DNA of 63,900 nucleotides, counting the filler, from Nitrospinota bacterium (lineage in GTDB: Bacteria > JAUXIQ01), in assembly GCA_030620925.1 (NCBI GenBank). It is 11 parts of 11 records of this genome, joined end to end, with 100 filler letters (N's around TTAATTAATTAA, not from the genome) between each part and the next. Parts side by side here need not be neighbours in the genome. Positions count along the whole stretch, not along the records: positions 1 to 4,532 come from JAUXIQ010000216.1; positions 4,633 to 12,847 come from JAUXIQ010000073.1; 9 more parts are not named here. One strand, 5' to 3'. A model generated the notes under the pieces. That model was not told where the DNA came from. It did no database searches and was given only the letters and a program-made list of their open reading frames with translations. Positions 1-12,063 of this stretch are shown one piece after another. Made by a program: the position numbers and the translations under genes. Each line of letters begins with the position of its first letter. The first letter of the stretch is position 1.

Positions 1-82
1 AAGGGGTAGGTAGAAAGGAGCGAAATAGCCCTATTTTTGCTCTGTGTGTTGGGAATATTGTTGGGAAGAACCTTTATAGTAT

Positions 83-117
83 AAAACAAAAGGGCTCAGG
101 ATTACTCCTGAGCCCTT
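83..117 (-). terminator. Intrinsic terminator downstream of tRNA-Met
   Basis: Stem AAGGGCTCAGG/CCTGAGCCCTT (90-117) followed on the minus strand by a U-rich tail (TTTGTTTT). Confidence 0.65.
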
Positions 118-126
118 GTTATATGC

Positions 127-203
<77 letters not shown>

Positions 204-218
204 CCGATACAGCGCCTA

Positions 219-247
219 ATAGTATCCTTTAGCGGATGAAAAGTCAA
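219..247 (-). promoter_or_regulatory. Sigma70-type promoter of the tRNA
   Basis: TTGACT-17 nt-TACTAT just upstream of the tRNA. Confidence 0.6.
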
Positions 248-306
248 GCTCCCGCGATTCTTTAATATATATGCAAATTATGTTTAAATCCTTTCACTTA
301 CCGTCT

Positions 307-2000
<1,694 letters not shown>

Positions 2001-2022
2001 CTATTATGCATCCTTTTGTCTT

Positions 2023-3303
2023 TCAGAGCTGTTTGAAGCTTTTACGGCTTACCTCTACTGTCTTTTCCAGGTCCCGGTCAGTGTGGGCGGTGGAAAGGAA
2101 ACCGGCCTCGAACTGCGAGGGCGCAATGTTTATACCTTCATTGAGCATAGAGGTGAAATATTTTGCGAAAAGCTCCGTGTTGGATCCCTTGGCCGAGTCG
2201 TAATCGCTGACTTCCGATTCGTTGAAAAATGTGCAGAACATAGAGCCCACCCGGGTGTGGAAGGTAGGGACGCCCGCCTCGGCGGCTCCGGCCTGAATTT
2301 CGCCGCACAGTTTCGCCGCCCTCTCTTCCAGCGCGGCGTAAGGGGGGTTCTCCTTGAGCTCCAAAAGGGTCTCTATGCCCGCCGTCATGGCCAGCGGGTT
2401 GCCGGAAAGGGTGCCCGCCTGGTATACGGGGCCTGTGGGGGATATCTGCTCCATAATCTCCTTTTTACCCCCATAAGCGCCCACCGGAAGCCCTCCTCCT
2501 ATGATTTTCCCCAGGGCGGTGAGGTCTGGCATTACGCCGTAAAGCTCCTGCGCCCCTCCACGGCCCATCCTGAAGCCGGTTATCACCTCATCAAATATCA
2601 GCAGTGTGCCGGACTTCCGGCACAGCTCCTCAAGCCCCTTCAAAAACCCCTGCACGGGGGGAACCACTCCCATATTGCCCGCAACGGGTTCCAGGATAAT
2701 GCAGGCTATCTCCTCCCCGCGCGTATTCATGAACTCCGAAGCCGCCTCCAGGTTATTATAGGGGAGGGTGATGGTCTTCCCCGCCAGCTCGGGGGGCACA
2801 CCTGGGCTGTCCGGCACTCCGAAGGTGGTTGCTCCCGAACCCGCTTTTACGAGGAGTGAATCAGCGTGTCCGTGATAGCAGCCGGCGAACTTTATTATCT
2901 CGTCCCGTTGGGTATAACCCCTGGCCAGGCGGATGGCGCTCATGGTGGCTTCTGTGCCGGAGCTCACCATTCGCACCATCTCTATGGAAGGCACTGCCTC
3001 CACCACCAGCCGGGCCATCTCCACCTCAAGCTCCGTGGGCGCGCCGTAGCTGGTACCGCGTCCCACGGCCTCCTTCAGGGCTTCCACCACCCGCGGGTGG
3101 GCATGCCCCAGAATCATGGGGCCCCAGGAACAGACGTAGTCTATGTATTCGTTGCCGTCCACATCGTAAATCTTAGACCCCGACGCACTGGAAATGAAAG
3201 GAGGGTCGCCTCCCACCGCACGGAACGCTCTCACGGGGCTGTTCACTCCTCCAGGGATAATCTCTTGTGCAGCCCGAAACAAGCTTTCAGAATTTTTACC
3301 CAT
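2023..3303 (-). CDS. hemL: Glutamate-1-semialdehyde 2,1-aminomutase
   Basis: [45 protein letters not shown]. Confidence 0.97.
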   Translation of the reverse strand: MGKNSESLFRAAQEIIPGGVNSPVRAFRAVGGDPPFISSASGSKIYDVDGNEYIDYVCSWGPMILGHAHPRVVEALKEAVGRGTSYGAPTELEVEMARLVVEAVPSIEMVRMVSSGTEATMSAIRLARGYTQRDEIIKFAGCYHGHADSLLVKAGSGATTFGVPDSPGVPPELAGKTITLPYNNLEAASEFMNTRGEEIACIILEPVAGNMGVVPPVQGFLKGLEELCRKSGTLLIFDEVITGFRMGRGGAQELYGVMPDLTALGKIIGGGLPVGAYGGKKEIMEQISPTGPVYQAGTLSGNPLAMTAGIETLLELKENPPYAALEERAAKLCGEIQAGAAEAGVPTFHTRVGSMFCTFFNESEVSDYDSAKGSNTELFAKYFTSMLNEGINIAPSQFEAGFLSTAHTDRDLEKTVEVSRKSFKQL

Positions 3304-3390
3304 TCTCCCCCTCCATACATAAGGGTTATAAAAGGACGTATTTGGGGCAGGTACAACTTATCTCAAAATCGTCGAGAATGCTGTGAAGCT

Positions 3391-4251
3391 CTAACTCAGA
3401 TATTTACCCAGGAGCAGCTCCAATTCCTGCTTCTTCTCCGCAGGAATTTTCTCCGGAGCGGTGAGGATCGCATCTTTGAGGGCGCCGGGGCAACCGCAGT
3501 CCCTCTCATAAGGCAGCGATTTAACGGCCTCCCTTATTATGTTTTTGGACCTCTCAACGTTGGCGTTAAGCACCGCCAGTATTTGCTCCACGGTAACCGT
3601 CTCCTCCGATTCGCGCCACACATCGTAATCGGTGGGCAGGGCCACGGTGGAATAACATATTTCGGCCTCCCTGGCCAGTTTCGATTCGGTGGCGTTGGTC
3701 ATGCCGATGACATCCACCCCCCACCCCCTGTATATATTCGATTCCGCTTTGGTGGAGAACTGCGGTCCCTCGATGCAAAGATAGGTGCCGCCCTGATGGA
3801 CGCTGCAGCCGGCGGCCCGGGCCGCCCCCGAAAGAATAGAATTCAGTTTCACACAGGTGGGATCGGCAAAAGATATGTGCACAACGATGCCGTTCCCGAA
3901 AAAGGTGCTGATCCTCCGCCTGGTATTATCATAGTATTGATCAGGGATAACTATGTGGCCCGGAGCGATCTCCTCTTTCATGCTCCCCACCGCGCTCAGT
4001 GAAATTATCCATTCCACGCCCAGCTTCTTCATGGCGTAGATATTGGCCCGATAATTGAGGTCGGTCGGCTGAATACGGTGGCCGACACCGTGACGGGGGA
4101 GGAAAACCATCTCTTTGCCGTCGAGGACGCCGGTAATGAGGGCATCGGAGGGGTCGCCGAATGGGGTATCGACTTTTATCTCATTTACCCCTTGAAGCTC
4201 TTCCATCTGATACAGTCCGCTGCCGCCGATAACCCCGATTTTCCCGCTCAT
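3391..4251 (-). CDS. mtnP: S-methyl-5'-thioadenosine phosphorylase
   Basis: IGVIGGSG, PRHG, EGPQFST, GMT, TDYD motifs. Confidence 0.93.
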   Translation of the reverse strand: MSGKIGVIGGSGLYQMEELQGVNEIKVDTPFGDPSDALITGVLDGKEMVFLPRHGVGHRIQPTDLNYRANIYAMKKLGVEWIISLSAVGSMKEEIAPGHIVIPDQYYDNTRRRISTFFGNGIVVHISFADPTCVKLNSILSGAARAAGCSVHQGGTYLCIEGPQFSTKAESNIYRGWGVDVIGMTNATESKLAREAEICYSTVALPTDYDVWRESEETVTVEQILAVLNANVERSKNIIREAVKSLPYERDCGCPGALKDAILTAPEKIPAEKKQELELLLGKYLS

Positions 4252-4339
4252 ATACGCCCTCCCCGATTTTTCTTAATTGACACTTAATTTATACCATCTT
4301 GTCATCCGGCTTTCAATCTCGTTTTATTTATAAAAGTTC

Positions 4340-4367
4340 GTAGAGACAATTCATGAATTGTCTCTAC
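4340..4367. repeat. GTAG-type REP palindrome, copy 1
   Basis: Perfect 28-bp palindrome GTAGAGACAATTCATGAATTGTCTCTAC; identical copy at 16226-16253. Confidence 0.85.
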
Positions 4368-4407
4368 AGCAGGAGGGGGCAGAATAAAGCCCGCGGGGTT
4401 TGCCAGG

Positions 4408-4464
4408 GCAGGCGAGATTCTTCACTCCGTCCCGCTCCGCGGGACTCCGTTCAGAATGACACGA
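4408..4464. repeat. GAGATTCTTC...CAGAATGAC REP-like element
   Basis: 54/57 identical to 51728-51784; related inverted copies at 16391, 61224 and 61480. Confidence 0.85.
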
Positions 4465-4532
4465 CGCTTCGTCTTATGGGCGCCCGGCCGGTCGCCCCTA
4501 CGGCCGCCCAATTTTTCCTCGCAATGTCTCGT

Positions 4533-4632
4533 NNNNNNNNNNNNNNNNNNNNNNNNNNNNNNNNNNNNNNNNNNNNTTAATTAATTAANNNNNNNNNNNN
4601 NNNNNNNNNNNNNNNNNNNNNNNNNNNNNNNN
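4533..4632. other. Artificial contig linker (also 12848-12947, 15983-16082, 19264-19363, 23441-23540, 29190-29289, 35349-35448, 40544-40643, 47889-47988, 51624-51723)
   Basis: N-runs flanking TTAATTAATTAA (six-frame stop); genes are truncated at the edges. Confidence 0.99.
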
Positions 4633-4848
4633 CCACCGGTGGTGAGAAACACGTATTCTAAATAAATTGCTGCACATCAGAGACGAAAAAGCTTACTTTA
4701 GTAAGAATAATACCTTTAAAATAAAATATTGTTATTTGAATTTTAGGAATTAAAAAGTGTCCAATGCGTCGAAAATATGGTATAAATGGGTATTCAGGAT
4801 TTCGGGCAAGAGATTTTTCGATGTTCCCTCTTAATTCAGACTGATGTT

Positions 4849-6306
4849 ATGAAAATTCCACTCATTTTCGTAAGAGACAAGCGGTATTTTTCGCTACCCT
4901 CCTCAAAGTTCGTCAATCGGAGAGTGAAAAACCCTTACCCGGGCGGTAAGAAGCATTACGTATACGGCGAGCCGCCCCTGGGAATCATGTACCTCTCATC
5001 GATCCTGAAGCAAGCGGGACACGAGGTAACCCTCTCGGATCAGAGCCATCCGGAATATTCGGATGAAAAATTCGTAGAATCGCTCATCAAAGAACGACCA
5101 GATATGGTCGGCATCAGTTTCTTGAGCAACGTGTGCTACCCCGCAGCCTGCAGCCTCTCCAGAAAGATAAAAGCCGCTCTCCCCTCAACCAAGATAGTCT
5201 ACGGCGGGGTATTCTCCACCATCAACGCGGAAAAGATAGTCGCTTCCGAGGCTTCGGTTGACATAGTGGCGAGGGGAGATGGTGAGGGCATCATCCGGGA
5301 CCTGGCGGAAGGTCTCGATAAGCTCGACGACATACCGGGCATAACCTTCAGGTCTGAGGCCGGTGAAGTGGTCGAGACTCCTGATCGTGAAATGATCGAA
5401 GACCTCGATTCGATCCCCTTTCCCGATCGAGAAAGCCTGGACATAAACTATATAGCCTCCCTTCCGCTGACTGCGCCGGCGGTCATCTGGGACCGTCCAT
5501 TCACCACGTTACAATCTTCTCGCGGCTGCCCTTTCGATTGCGTATACTGCAATTGCCCCACTTTCAGCAACAGGAAATGCCGGTTCCGCTCGGCGGAAAA
5601 CGTCTTGAAGGAGATCGACGAGATAGAGCGGGAGGGCTACAGCTCCTTCTGTTTCATCGATGACAACTTTCTCCTTAAAACAGAGAGGGTTGAGGAGATA
5701 TGCGAAGGCATGATCGCCAACCACCATTCATTTAAGTGGGCATGTGAGGGGCGGATCGATCCCCAGGTAAACGGAATTTTCGATAAACTCTCCGCGGCAG
5801 GCTGCGACATGGTCATGTTCGGGATCGAAAGCGGTTCTCAGCGAATTCTGGACAGCATGAAAAAGAGAACGAAGCTCCCCGACATTGCAAAGGGGGTGGC
5901 AAACGCTAAAAAAGCTGGTATCTCCATAATACACGGGTTCTTCATACTGGGATCGGTCGGAGAAACGGTCGAAGAGTTAGAGCGGACATTTACTTTTGCA
6001 GAGCGCCTGAAGATAAACACCTTCGGTTTCAACTCCCTGCTCGCTTTCAGGGGAACATCCCTCTGGGATGAAGCCGTCGCCAGTGGTCTTATTGACGAGG
6101 AGAAACACTGGGATAAGATGTTCGCCATCCATGCTATCCATCCCGATGCCATCGATTCCAAGACGCTCTTCAAGCTCAAGGCTAAATTCGTTAAACGCCT
6201 GATCGTCAAAAAAATTCTGAGAAATCCTCTCGTCGCGGCCAAAATCTTCAAAAGATTTCTGGACAGCATGTCGGTGAGAGACCTTTACCAGCTTCTCAGA
6301 TCTTAG
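4849..6306 (+). CDS. Cobalamin-binding radical SAM protein (class B methylase-like)
   Basis: N-terminal B12-binding domain (PPLGIMYLSS...VYGG), SRGCPFDCVYC CxxxCxxC, FIDDNF, GIESGSQ. Confidence 0.9.
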   Translation: MKIPLIFVRDKRYFSLPSSKFVNRRVKNPYPGGKKHYVYGEPPLGIMYLSSILKQAGHEVTLSDQSHPEYSDEKFVESLIKERPDMVGISFLSNVCYPAACSLSRKIKAALPSTKIVYGGVFSTINAEKIVASEASVDIVARGDGEGIIRDLAEGLDKLDDIPGITFRSEAGEVVETPDREMIEDLDSIPFPDRESLDINYIASLPLTAPAVIWDRPFTTLQSSRGCPFDCVYCNCPTFSNRKCRFRSAENVLKEIDEIEREGYSSFCFIDDNFLLKTERVEEICEGMIANHHSFKWACEGRIDPQVNGIFDKLSAAGCDMVMFGIESGSQRILDSMKKRTKLPDIAKGVANAKKAGISIIHGFFILGSVGETVEELERTFTFAERLKINTFGFNSLLAFRGTSLWDEAVASGLIDEEKHWDKMFAIHAIHPDAIDSKTLFKLKAKFVKRLIVKKILRNPLVAAKIFKRFLDSMSVRDLYQLLRS

Positions 6307-6332
6307 ACAAAAAATCAGTGCAGTCGGGCCTT

Positions 6333-7520
6333 CTATCTGATGGCGCTGAGCTTCCGCTGACCGCCCCATTTCTTCAACTGACGCTCCGCCATCCGAATGG
6401 CGGCCTGCCTGGGAGTGATATTCTCTTCCCTGCTCTCTTTCAACAGCCGCCTGGTGGCGCGTCGTATCCGGCGGCACATCTCGCCGTAAATTTTCTCTGC
6501 GCTGTATTCCACCTGCCCCGTCATAAGGCAGCCGAAACCGCATGCGGCCCCCGAATTGGCCACGAAATCGGGTATAACAGTAACGCTCCTTTTACACAAT
6601 TCGGCCTGGGCCTCGGCGGTGGTGGGGATGTTGGCTCCCTCCACGATGAGCCGGGCCTTGATCTTGTCCATGTTTCTCCTGTTTATCACATCCTTCCCGG
6701 CGGCGGGAACCAATATATCGGCATCCACTTCCAACCATCGGCTGCCGGGGAGTTTGCGGTAATCAAAGTTCAGTTTCCGCCTGTCTATCCTGCCGTTAAG
6801 GTCTTTGGCGGCGTATATTCTCTCCACCGGCAGCCCCCGGGGATCGTAGATCACGCCTTCGATATCGGAGACGGCGACTATCTTCATCCCCATCTCGCTC
6901 AAGAACAGCGCCGTGCTCCCGCCCACGGTGCCGAATCCCTGGACGGACACCCCTGCCCCTCTAACGCTCATTTTCAAAGAACGGCAGGCTTCTTCTACGC
7001 ATTCGGCGAGCCCTTTTCCGTTGAGCAGCTCTTCGAGGTTCCCCTCGGTATCCGTTATGTCCAGATCGTCGGATAACTCAAGCTCTACTCCCAAGTCGGC
7101 CATCCTTTCCTTTGCCACGGAGATGGGGTTGATCTCCGCCGTCCCGTAAAGGAGCGCCACGTCGTTGACGTTTATGCCCATGTCCTCGCCCGTAAGGTAT
7201 ATGCTGCGCAGGAAGGGGCGTATCATCATGGAGAACGCCTGGATCAGCTTCTTCTTGTTCCTGCCCGCCGGGTCGCCCACTATCCCCGATTTACCTCCGC
7301 CGATGGGAACGCCCACGGCGGCGAATTTATAGGTCATGGTCTCAGCAAGGCGTCCGATCTCCTTGAGAGTTACCCGGGGATGCATTCGAAGCCCGCCGGC
7401 GGAAATGCCGTTGACCAGGCTGTGAACCACCACGAAACCCCTGAGCCCACTGGCTTCGTCACGCAGCTCGACCCTGTAATAAGGCTCGCCTCCGGCCCCC
7501 ATCCTAACCTCTTCTAACAT
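6333..7520 (-). CDS. Glu/Leu/Phe/Val dehydrogenase family protein
   Basis: GGLRM, MTYK, GGGKSGI, VQGFGTVG, VEGAN, PDFVANSG. Confidence 0.88.
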   Translation of the reverse strand: MLEEVRMGAGGEPYYRVELRDEASGLRGFVVVHSLVNGISAGGLRMHPRVTLKEIGRLAETMTYKFAAVGVPIGGGKSGIVGDPAGRNKKKLIQAFSMMIRPFLRSIYLTGEDMGINVNDVALLYGTAEINPISVAKERMADLGVELELSDDLDITDTEGNLEELLNGKGLAECVEEACRSLKMSVRGAGVSVQGFGTVGGSTALFLSEMGMKIVAVSDIEGVIYDPRGLPVERIYAAKDLNGRIDRRKLNFDYRKLPGSRWLEVDADILVPAAGKDVINRRNMDKIKARLIVEGANIPTTAEAQAELCKRSVTVIPDFVANSGAACGFGCLMTGQVEYSAEKIYGEMCRRIRRATRRLLKESREENITPRQAAIRMAERQLKKWGGQRKLSAIR

Positions 7521-7755
7521 GGCCGCCCCCTTTCTCCTCTGAAAAATAGAATTAGCGCTGTAACTGTTTGATAACAGATTAGAACTTTATCAGAGGCAGA
7601 TTGCAAATTCTACAAATAACTATCTGACCGCCCGAAGACGCACGATATATTATGTTGCCTGTTCAGCGCAAAACAGCACCGGCTCAATAGTGTTGAAATG
7701 GTCTTAACGTAGTGTTAGAGTTTCAAACTTAAGAGGACGAGGGGGAATTCGCACC

Positions 7756-8436
7756 ATGGACTTCGCAAACGTGGACACCATTATTTTCGATTTCGACGGT
7801 ACGCTGGCCCGCGCCGAAATAGACTTCGCGGCAATGAAAAGGGGCCTTCTGGCCCTTGCCGCGGAATTCGGGATAAGCGAGGGGGAGCTGCAAGAATCCT
7901 ACGCCCTGGAGCTTCTGGAGGAAATCCACGCCAACCTTGAAGGACGGGACAGCGGGCAGGCCACGCTCTTCAGCGGCCGGGCCCACGACATGATAAAAGA
8001 GATGGAGCTGGAGGCGGCCCGCCGGGGGGAGATTCTGGCGGGAGTGGAACGCGCCCTGTTGCAGCTGAAGACGATGGGCTACAAGCTGGGGATAGTCACC
8101 CGCAACTGCACCCAGGCGGTGGAGATAATACTGGAGGGATGCGACCTGCCCCACGACCTGCTGCTCACCCGCGACCACGTCCCTGCCGCCAAGCCGCACC
8201 CCGTGCATCTCGAAGCGGCCCTGAAGAAACTGGGCAGCGTGCCGGAAAAGACCATCCTGGTGGGGGACAGCTCCATAGACATAGTGGCCGGGACGGCGGT
8301 GGGCATACCCTTCAACATAGGCGTCCTCACCGGACGTTACTCCTCGCAGCAACTCATGGAGGCGGGCGCATGCAGCGTTCTGAAAAGCGCCGCCGAGCTC
8401 CCAGCCCTGCTGGTCCCCTCCGCGCCTGAAACATAA
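7756..8436 (+). CDS. HAD-family hydrolase (phosphoglycolate phosphatase-like)
   Basis: FDFDGTL motif I, KPHP, VGDS motif IV. Confidence 0.9.
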   Translation: MDFANVDTIIFDFDGTLARAEIDFAAMKRGLLALAAEFGISEGELQESYALELLEEIHANLEGRDSGQATLFSGRAHDMIKEMELEAARRGEILAGVERALLQLKTMGYKLGIVTRNCTQAVEIILEGCDLPHDLLLTRDHVPAAKPHPVHLEAALKKLGSVPEKTILVGDSSIDIVAGTAVGIPFNIGVLTGRYSSQQLMEAGACSVLKSAAELPALLVPSAPET

Positions 8437-8583
8437 AGGCCTGACCGCCGGGTGAGACGGTGGTCTCTTCTGCCAGAGGATGAGAAAAACCGAAGAGCAG
8501 GCTTTAATAAACCCACCTGCCCCTGATGATGAAAATCAGGTTATAGAAATACTGCCTCGCCCCGAAAAAGCGGAACGCTCCTT

Positions 8584-8901
8584 CTATCGCTTGAATATGC
8601 TCAGCATCCCCTTGAAGAAGCTTATCCGATCATCGACTTCCATTTGGACGAGAGATTCGAACTCTCCCTTGTCGAAGTAGAGGCCCCCACACTGCGTGCA
8701 CTTATCTATCAGCACCTCGTGGTTGTTTATGGTTTTCATCTGCTGGCCGCACTTGGGGCATCTCATCCAGTGCAGAGCTCTGGCCCGCTCCTTTTCGTCT
8801 TCTATCTTTCGAGCGGACCCTTCCGCCTCCTGTCCTTTATAGACGTGCAGCTCTTTTTCTTTTATCCACAGGTCTTCATCTTCACGAAACATGTCGCTCA
8901 C
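8584..8901 (-). CDS. zf-TFIIB zinc-ribbon domain protein
   Basis: CPKCG...IDKCTQCGGLYFDKGE. Confidence 0.8.
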   Translation of the reverse strand: MSDMFREDEDLWIKEKELHVYKGQEAEGSARKIEDEKERARALHWMRCPKCGQQMKTINNHEVLIDKCTQCGGLYFDKGEFESLVQMEVDDRISFFKGMLSIFKR

Positions 8902-9159
8902 ACCCCTTTCCGCCGTCTAATTTTCCCCCCTTATATAAATTTAAAGCGTAAACCCAATATCGCAAAGTTTATCGACCGCTCCGGGGCGCATAGCTGGCGA
9001 AGACGAATGCGACTTCATTTCCCCGGAGCTGTCGCGTGAGAAGGATGTTTTGCTATCACTCACCTCATATATTAAAAGACCGTAGAGTATGATCTCTCTC
9101 TGCTTCATAATGTCCCGGGTAAGGACGCTTATTCATTCATAGAGAGGATACGGCCGTTC

Positions 9160-10065
9160 ATGGCGGCAGATAAAAGTGGCTATCATAAAGGACGCAGGGT
9201 CACCCTGATCGGTCTGGGATGCAACGCGGTCCTGTTCATAATCAAGCTGTTGGCCGGAATATACGGAAACAGCCAGGCCCTCATAGCTGACGCCGTGCAC
9301 ACCCTGTCGGACCTGGTCACCGACACAGTGGTGCTACTCGGTCTCAAATTCTCCAGTATGCCCAAAGACGAAGACCATCCTTACGGCCACGAAAGAATCG
9401 AGACCCTCTCCACCCTCATCCTGGGCGCCATCCTGGTATATATCGCTCTGAAAATAGGGTTCGGCTCGCTGAAGGCCGTCTACCTGCATCAAGGATACGC
9501 AACGAAGACCGTGGCGGTGGCGGTAGCCGCCATATCCCTGGTCACCAAAGAGATACTGTTCCGCTACACTATCAAGGAGGGAGAAAGTATTCGCAGCCAG
9601 TCGGTAATCGCCAACGCCTGGCATCATCGCACGGACGCCTTATCGTCGGTGGCGGTTTTGGTGGGAGTGAGCGCGGCGGCTTTCTTCCCTTCCCTGAGAA
9701 TTCTGGACGCATACGCCGCCATCATAGTGGCTGTAATCATCGTGGTGGTCGGCTCCAGGGTGGGTCTGAAAGCGGCCGGGGCCCTGGTAGATACCGCCGC
9801 CCGCAGGGAAGTGAGAGAAAAGATAGCTGACATCATCAGCGGCGTGGACGGCGTCCAACTGGTCCACGACCTCAACACGCGATACTCCGGCGGATATATC
9901 CTGGCCGACGTGCACATCGAGGTAGACCCCGACATCTCTGTCAATGAAGGGCATAACATCGCCACCAGGGTCAAGGAGGAAGTGCTTTCAGCCGTACCGG
10001 AGGTCATGAACCTTCTGGTGCACGTGGAGCCCTCCGGGGACTATATGGCCCGTCATAAGAAATAA
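9160..10065 (+). CDS. Cation diffusion facilitator (FieF/CzcD family) metal transporter
   Basis: SQALIADAVHTLSD, HPYGHER, HHRTDA, C-terminal dimerisation domain VHVEP. Confidence 0.92.
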   Translation: MAADKSGYHKGRRVTLIGLGCNAVLFIIKLLAGIYGNSQALIADAVHTLSDLVTDTVVLLGLKFSSMPKDEDHPYGHERIETLSTLILGAILVYIALKIGFGSLKAVYLHQGYATKTVAVAVAAISLVTKEILFRYTIKEGESIRSQSVIANAWHHRTDALSSVAVLVGVSAAAFFPSLRILDAYAAIIVAVIIVVVGSRVGLKAAGALVDTAARREVREKIADIISGVDGVQLVHDLNTRYSGGYILADVHIEVDPDISVNEGHNIATRVKEEVLSAVPEVMNLLVHVEPSGDYMARHKK

Positions 10066-10142
10066 CTCTCTGCCTTTTTTCTGCTGGAGGAGTTCAATCG
10101 AGTGGTCGTGAACTTCCCGTGGGATTAATCTCCACGCAAACA

Positions 10143-10176
10143 GGGGGCGCCGGTTTGAACGCCCCCCGCTTTTTTT
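10143..10176 (+). terminator. Intrinsic terminator after the CDF gene
   Basis: GGGGGCG/CGCCCCC stem followed by a T7 run. Confidence 0.55.
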
Positions 10177-10239
10177 CATTTCAGTTGCTAGTCCCTGCGC
10201 AGTAACATCAGCGTTCACCTTGAGGATGGAAACCCTCCC

Positions 10240-10872
10240 CTATGTCTCCAGCCACAGAACGTCGCCGAAGGGGACCTTGTCTCTGGGCTTGGAGCGGAAA
10301 ACTTCGTATTGAGCCTTGGACTCCCCCACCGTGGTGCCATCCCCGTGGCCGGGGTGAAGCCTGGTTTCGTCGGGGAGGGTGTAAATCTTGGATACGATGC
10401 TGTTCACCAGCGTCTCGAAGTTTTCGGGACTCGAAGTTTTGCCGGGGCCGCCGGGGAACACGTTATCGCCCGCTATCATATCACCGTTGAGCAGAAAACA
10501 GACGCCGCCTTCAGTGTGGCCGGGGGTGTGTACGACTTTAACGCTGAAGTTGCCGCACTGGATTATCTCGCCGTCTTGCAGCTCGCGGTCCGGCTTGGAG
10601 CCGAGCATGGAGATATCCCCGGGGTGGATGGCGGAGGGAGCGCCGGTGGCTTTTTTGACCGCGTCGTAGGCCTGGATGTGATCGAAATGGGCGTGGGTGA
10701 ACAGTATCTCCTTGACACTGGTGCCTTCGGCAAGTTTCAGTATCTTCTCCGCCTCGTCTGCGGGGTCTATTATCAGGCTATCGTTGGTTTCCGAGCAGAC
10801 CAGCACATAGCTGTTGACTCCGTATGGTTCCACTGTAATCTGCCTTATTTCAGCGCAACTCGCTCCATTCAT
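10240..10872 (-). CDS. MBL-fold metallo-hydrolase (glyoxalase II-like)
   Basis: THAHFDH, TPGHT, GD, PGHG motifs. Confidence 0.9.
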   Translation of the reverse strand: MNGASCAEIRQITVEPYGVNSYVLVCSETNDSLIIDPADEAEKILKLAEGTSVKEILFTHAHFDHIQAYDAVKKATGAPSAIHPGDISMLGSKPDRELQDGEIIQCGNFSVKVVHTPGHTEGGVCFLLNGDMIAGDNVFPGGPGKTSSPENFETLVNSIVSKIYTLPDETRLHPGHGDGTTVGESKAQYEVFRSKPRDKVPFGDVLWLET

Positions 10873-10935
10873 CGTTTTCCTCCTCGTCTCAGACGTTTGC
10901 TGCCTTCTAACCTTCGTGACAGGGCAAATAAAAAC

Positions 10936-10964
10936 TTGAATAAAATATAACCCGTTACTATAGT
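10936..10964 (+). promoter_or_regulatory. Sigma70-type promoter
   Basis: TTGAAT-17 nt-TATAGT upstream of the crotonase gene. Confidence 0.5.
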
Positions 10965-11041
10965 AATCGGGGTTTTGAACAGATTCAAGCTACTTTTTAA
11001 TGTATTGAGGATCCTTGTAAAATCTCTGGAGGATAAACCGA

Positions 11042-11836
11042 ATGGAATTTCAGGACCTGTTATACGAAAAATCGGAAGGCATCGCCCTTATCACCTTGAA
11101 CCGGCCCGAGGCCAGGAACGCGCTGACCCCGGCTATGATCGACAGCCTGGTGGGCGCTTTCCAAGAGTCGGACGGGGATGACGAGGTAAAGGCCATTGTT
11201 ATCACCGGCGCCGGCAAATCCTTCTGCGCGGGGGGAGACGTCAAGGCAATGGGCGATAGGAAGGAGCCCACCCTGGAGGACATAGTCAAGAGTTTCCGCA
11301 ACGGCATACACCGCATCCCCCTGAGCGTCAAAAAAATCGACAAGCCCCTGATAGCCATGGTTAACGGCGCCGCGGTGGGTGCGGGCCTCGACTTCACGCT
11401 CATGTGCGACATCAGAATCGCTTCGGACCAGGCCAAGTTCGGCGAGGTCTTCGTGCGCGTGGGCCTGGCTCCCGGAGACGGGGGCACCTTTTTCCTTCCC
11501 CGAATCGTGGGCATCGCCAAAGCCTGCGAGCTGACGTGGACCGGGGACATCATAGACGCTCAGGAGGCGGAGCGCATCGGCATGGTGAGCAGGGTGGTCC
11601 CCCACGACAAGCTGAAAGAAGAGACGCTGGCTTTCGCCAAAAGGATAGCCTCGGGGCCCTCCATGGCCATCCGCATGGCGAAGCGCTCCATATACGAGGG
11701 GCTGGAAACCAACAGCCTGGAAAATACTTTAGAAAAGCTAGCACACATGCAAGACATACTCATGCGAAGCGATGACCACCAGGAAGGGATCAGGGCGTTC
11801 ATAGAGAAACGCCCGCCGGAGTTCAAAGGCAGATAA
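11042..11836 (+). CDS. Enoyl-CoA hydratase/isomerase (crotonase family)
   Basis: LNRPEARNAL, FCAGGD, VNGAAVGAG, EKRPPEFKGR. Confidence 0.92.
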   Translation: MEFQDLLYEKSEGIALITLNRPEARNALTPAMIDSLVGAFQESDGDDEVKAIVITGAGKSFCAGGDVKAMGDRKEPTLEDIVKSFRNGIHRIPLSVKKIDKPLIAMVNGAAVGAGLDFTLMCDIRIASDQAKFGEVFVRVGLAPGDGGTFFLPRIVGIAKACELTWTGDIIDAQEAERIGMVSRVVPHDKLKEETLAFAKRIASGPSMAIRMAKRSIYEGLETNSLENTLEKLAHMQDILMRSDDHQEGIRAFIEKRPPEFKGR

Positions 11837-11875
11837 GTTTTTTCTCCACCCTCCTCCAACCTCTACAGCGGAACG

Positions 11876-12020
11876 TCCCGCGGAAGGCGGGATCGAAGAA
11901 GGTAAGGAGATGAGATAAAGAGGGAGGACGAGTTAACCGGAATATTTGTAGGGGCGGTCCCGCGACACGCGGGGTTGGCCCTGAATTTTCAAATCGTAGG
12001 GGCAGGCCTCGTGCCTCCCC
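11876..12020. repeat. REP-like cluster with TCCCGC-N-GCGGG(A) mini-hairpins
   Basis: TCCCGCGGAAGGCGGGA (11876), GTAGGGGCGG-TCCCGCGACACGCGGG (about 11948), GTAGGGGCAGGCCTCGTGCC (11996). Confidence 0.7.
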
Positions 12021-12063
12021 TTTTCGGAATAAAAATATTTCGCTAAAGATAAAGGAGACTGAC

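Noticed and set aside
4577-4588. TTAATTAATTAA recurring ten times within N-runs
   Set aside because: Artificial six-frame-stop linker between contigs, not a biological repeat.
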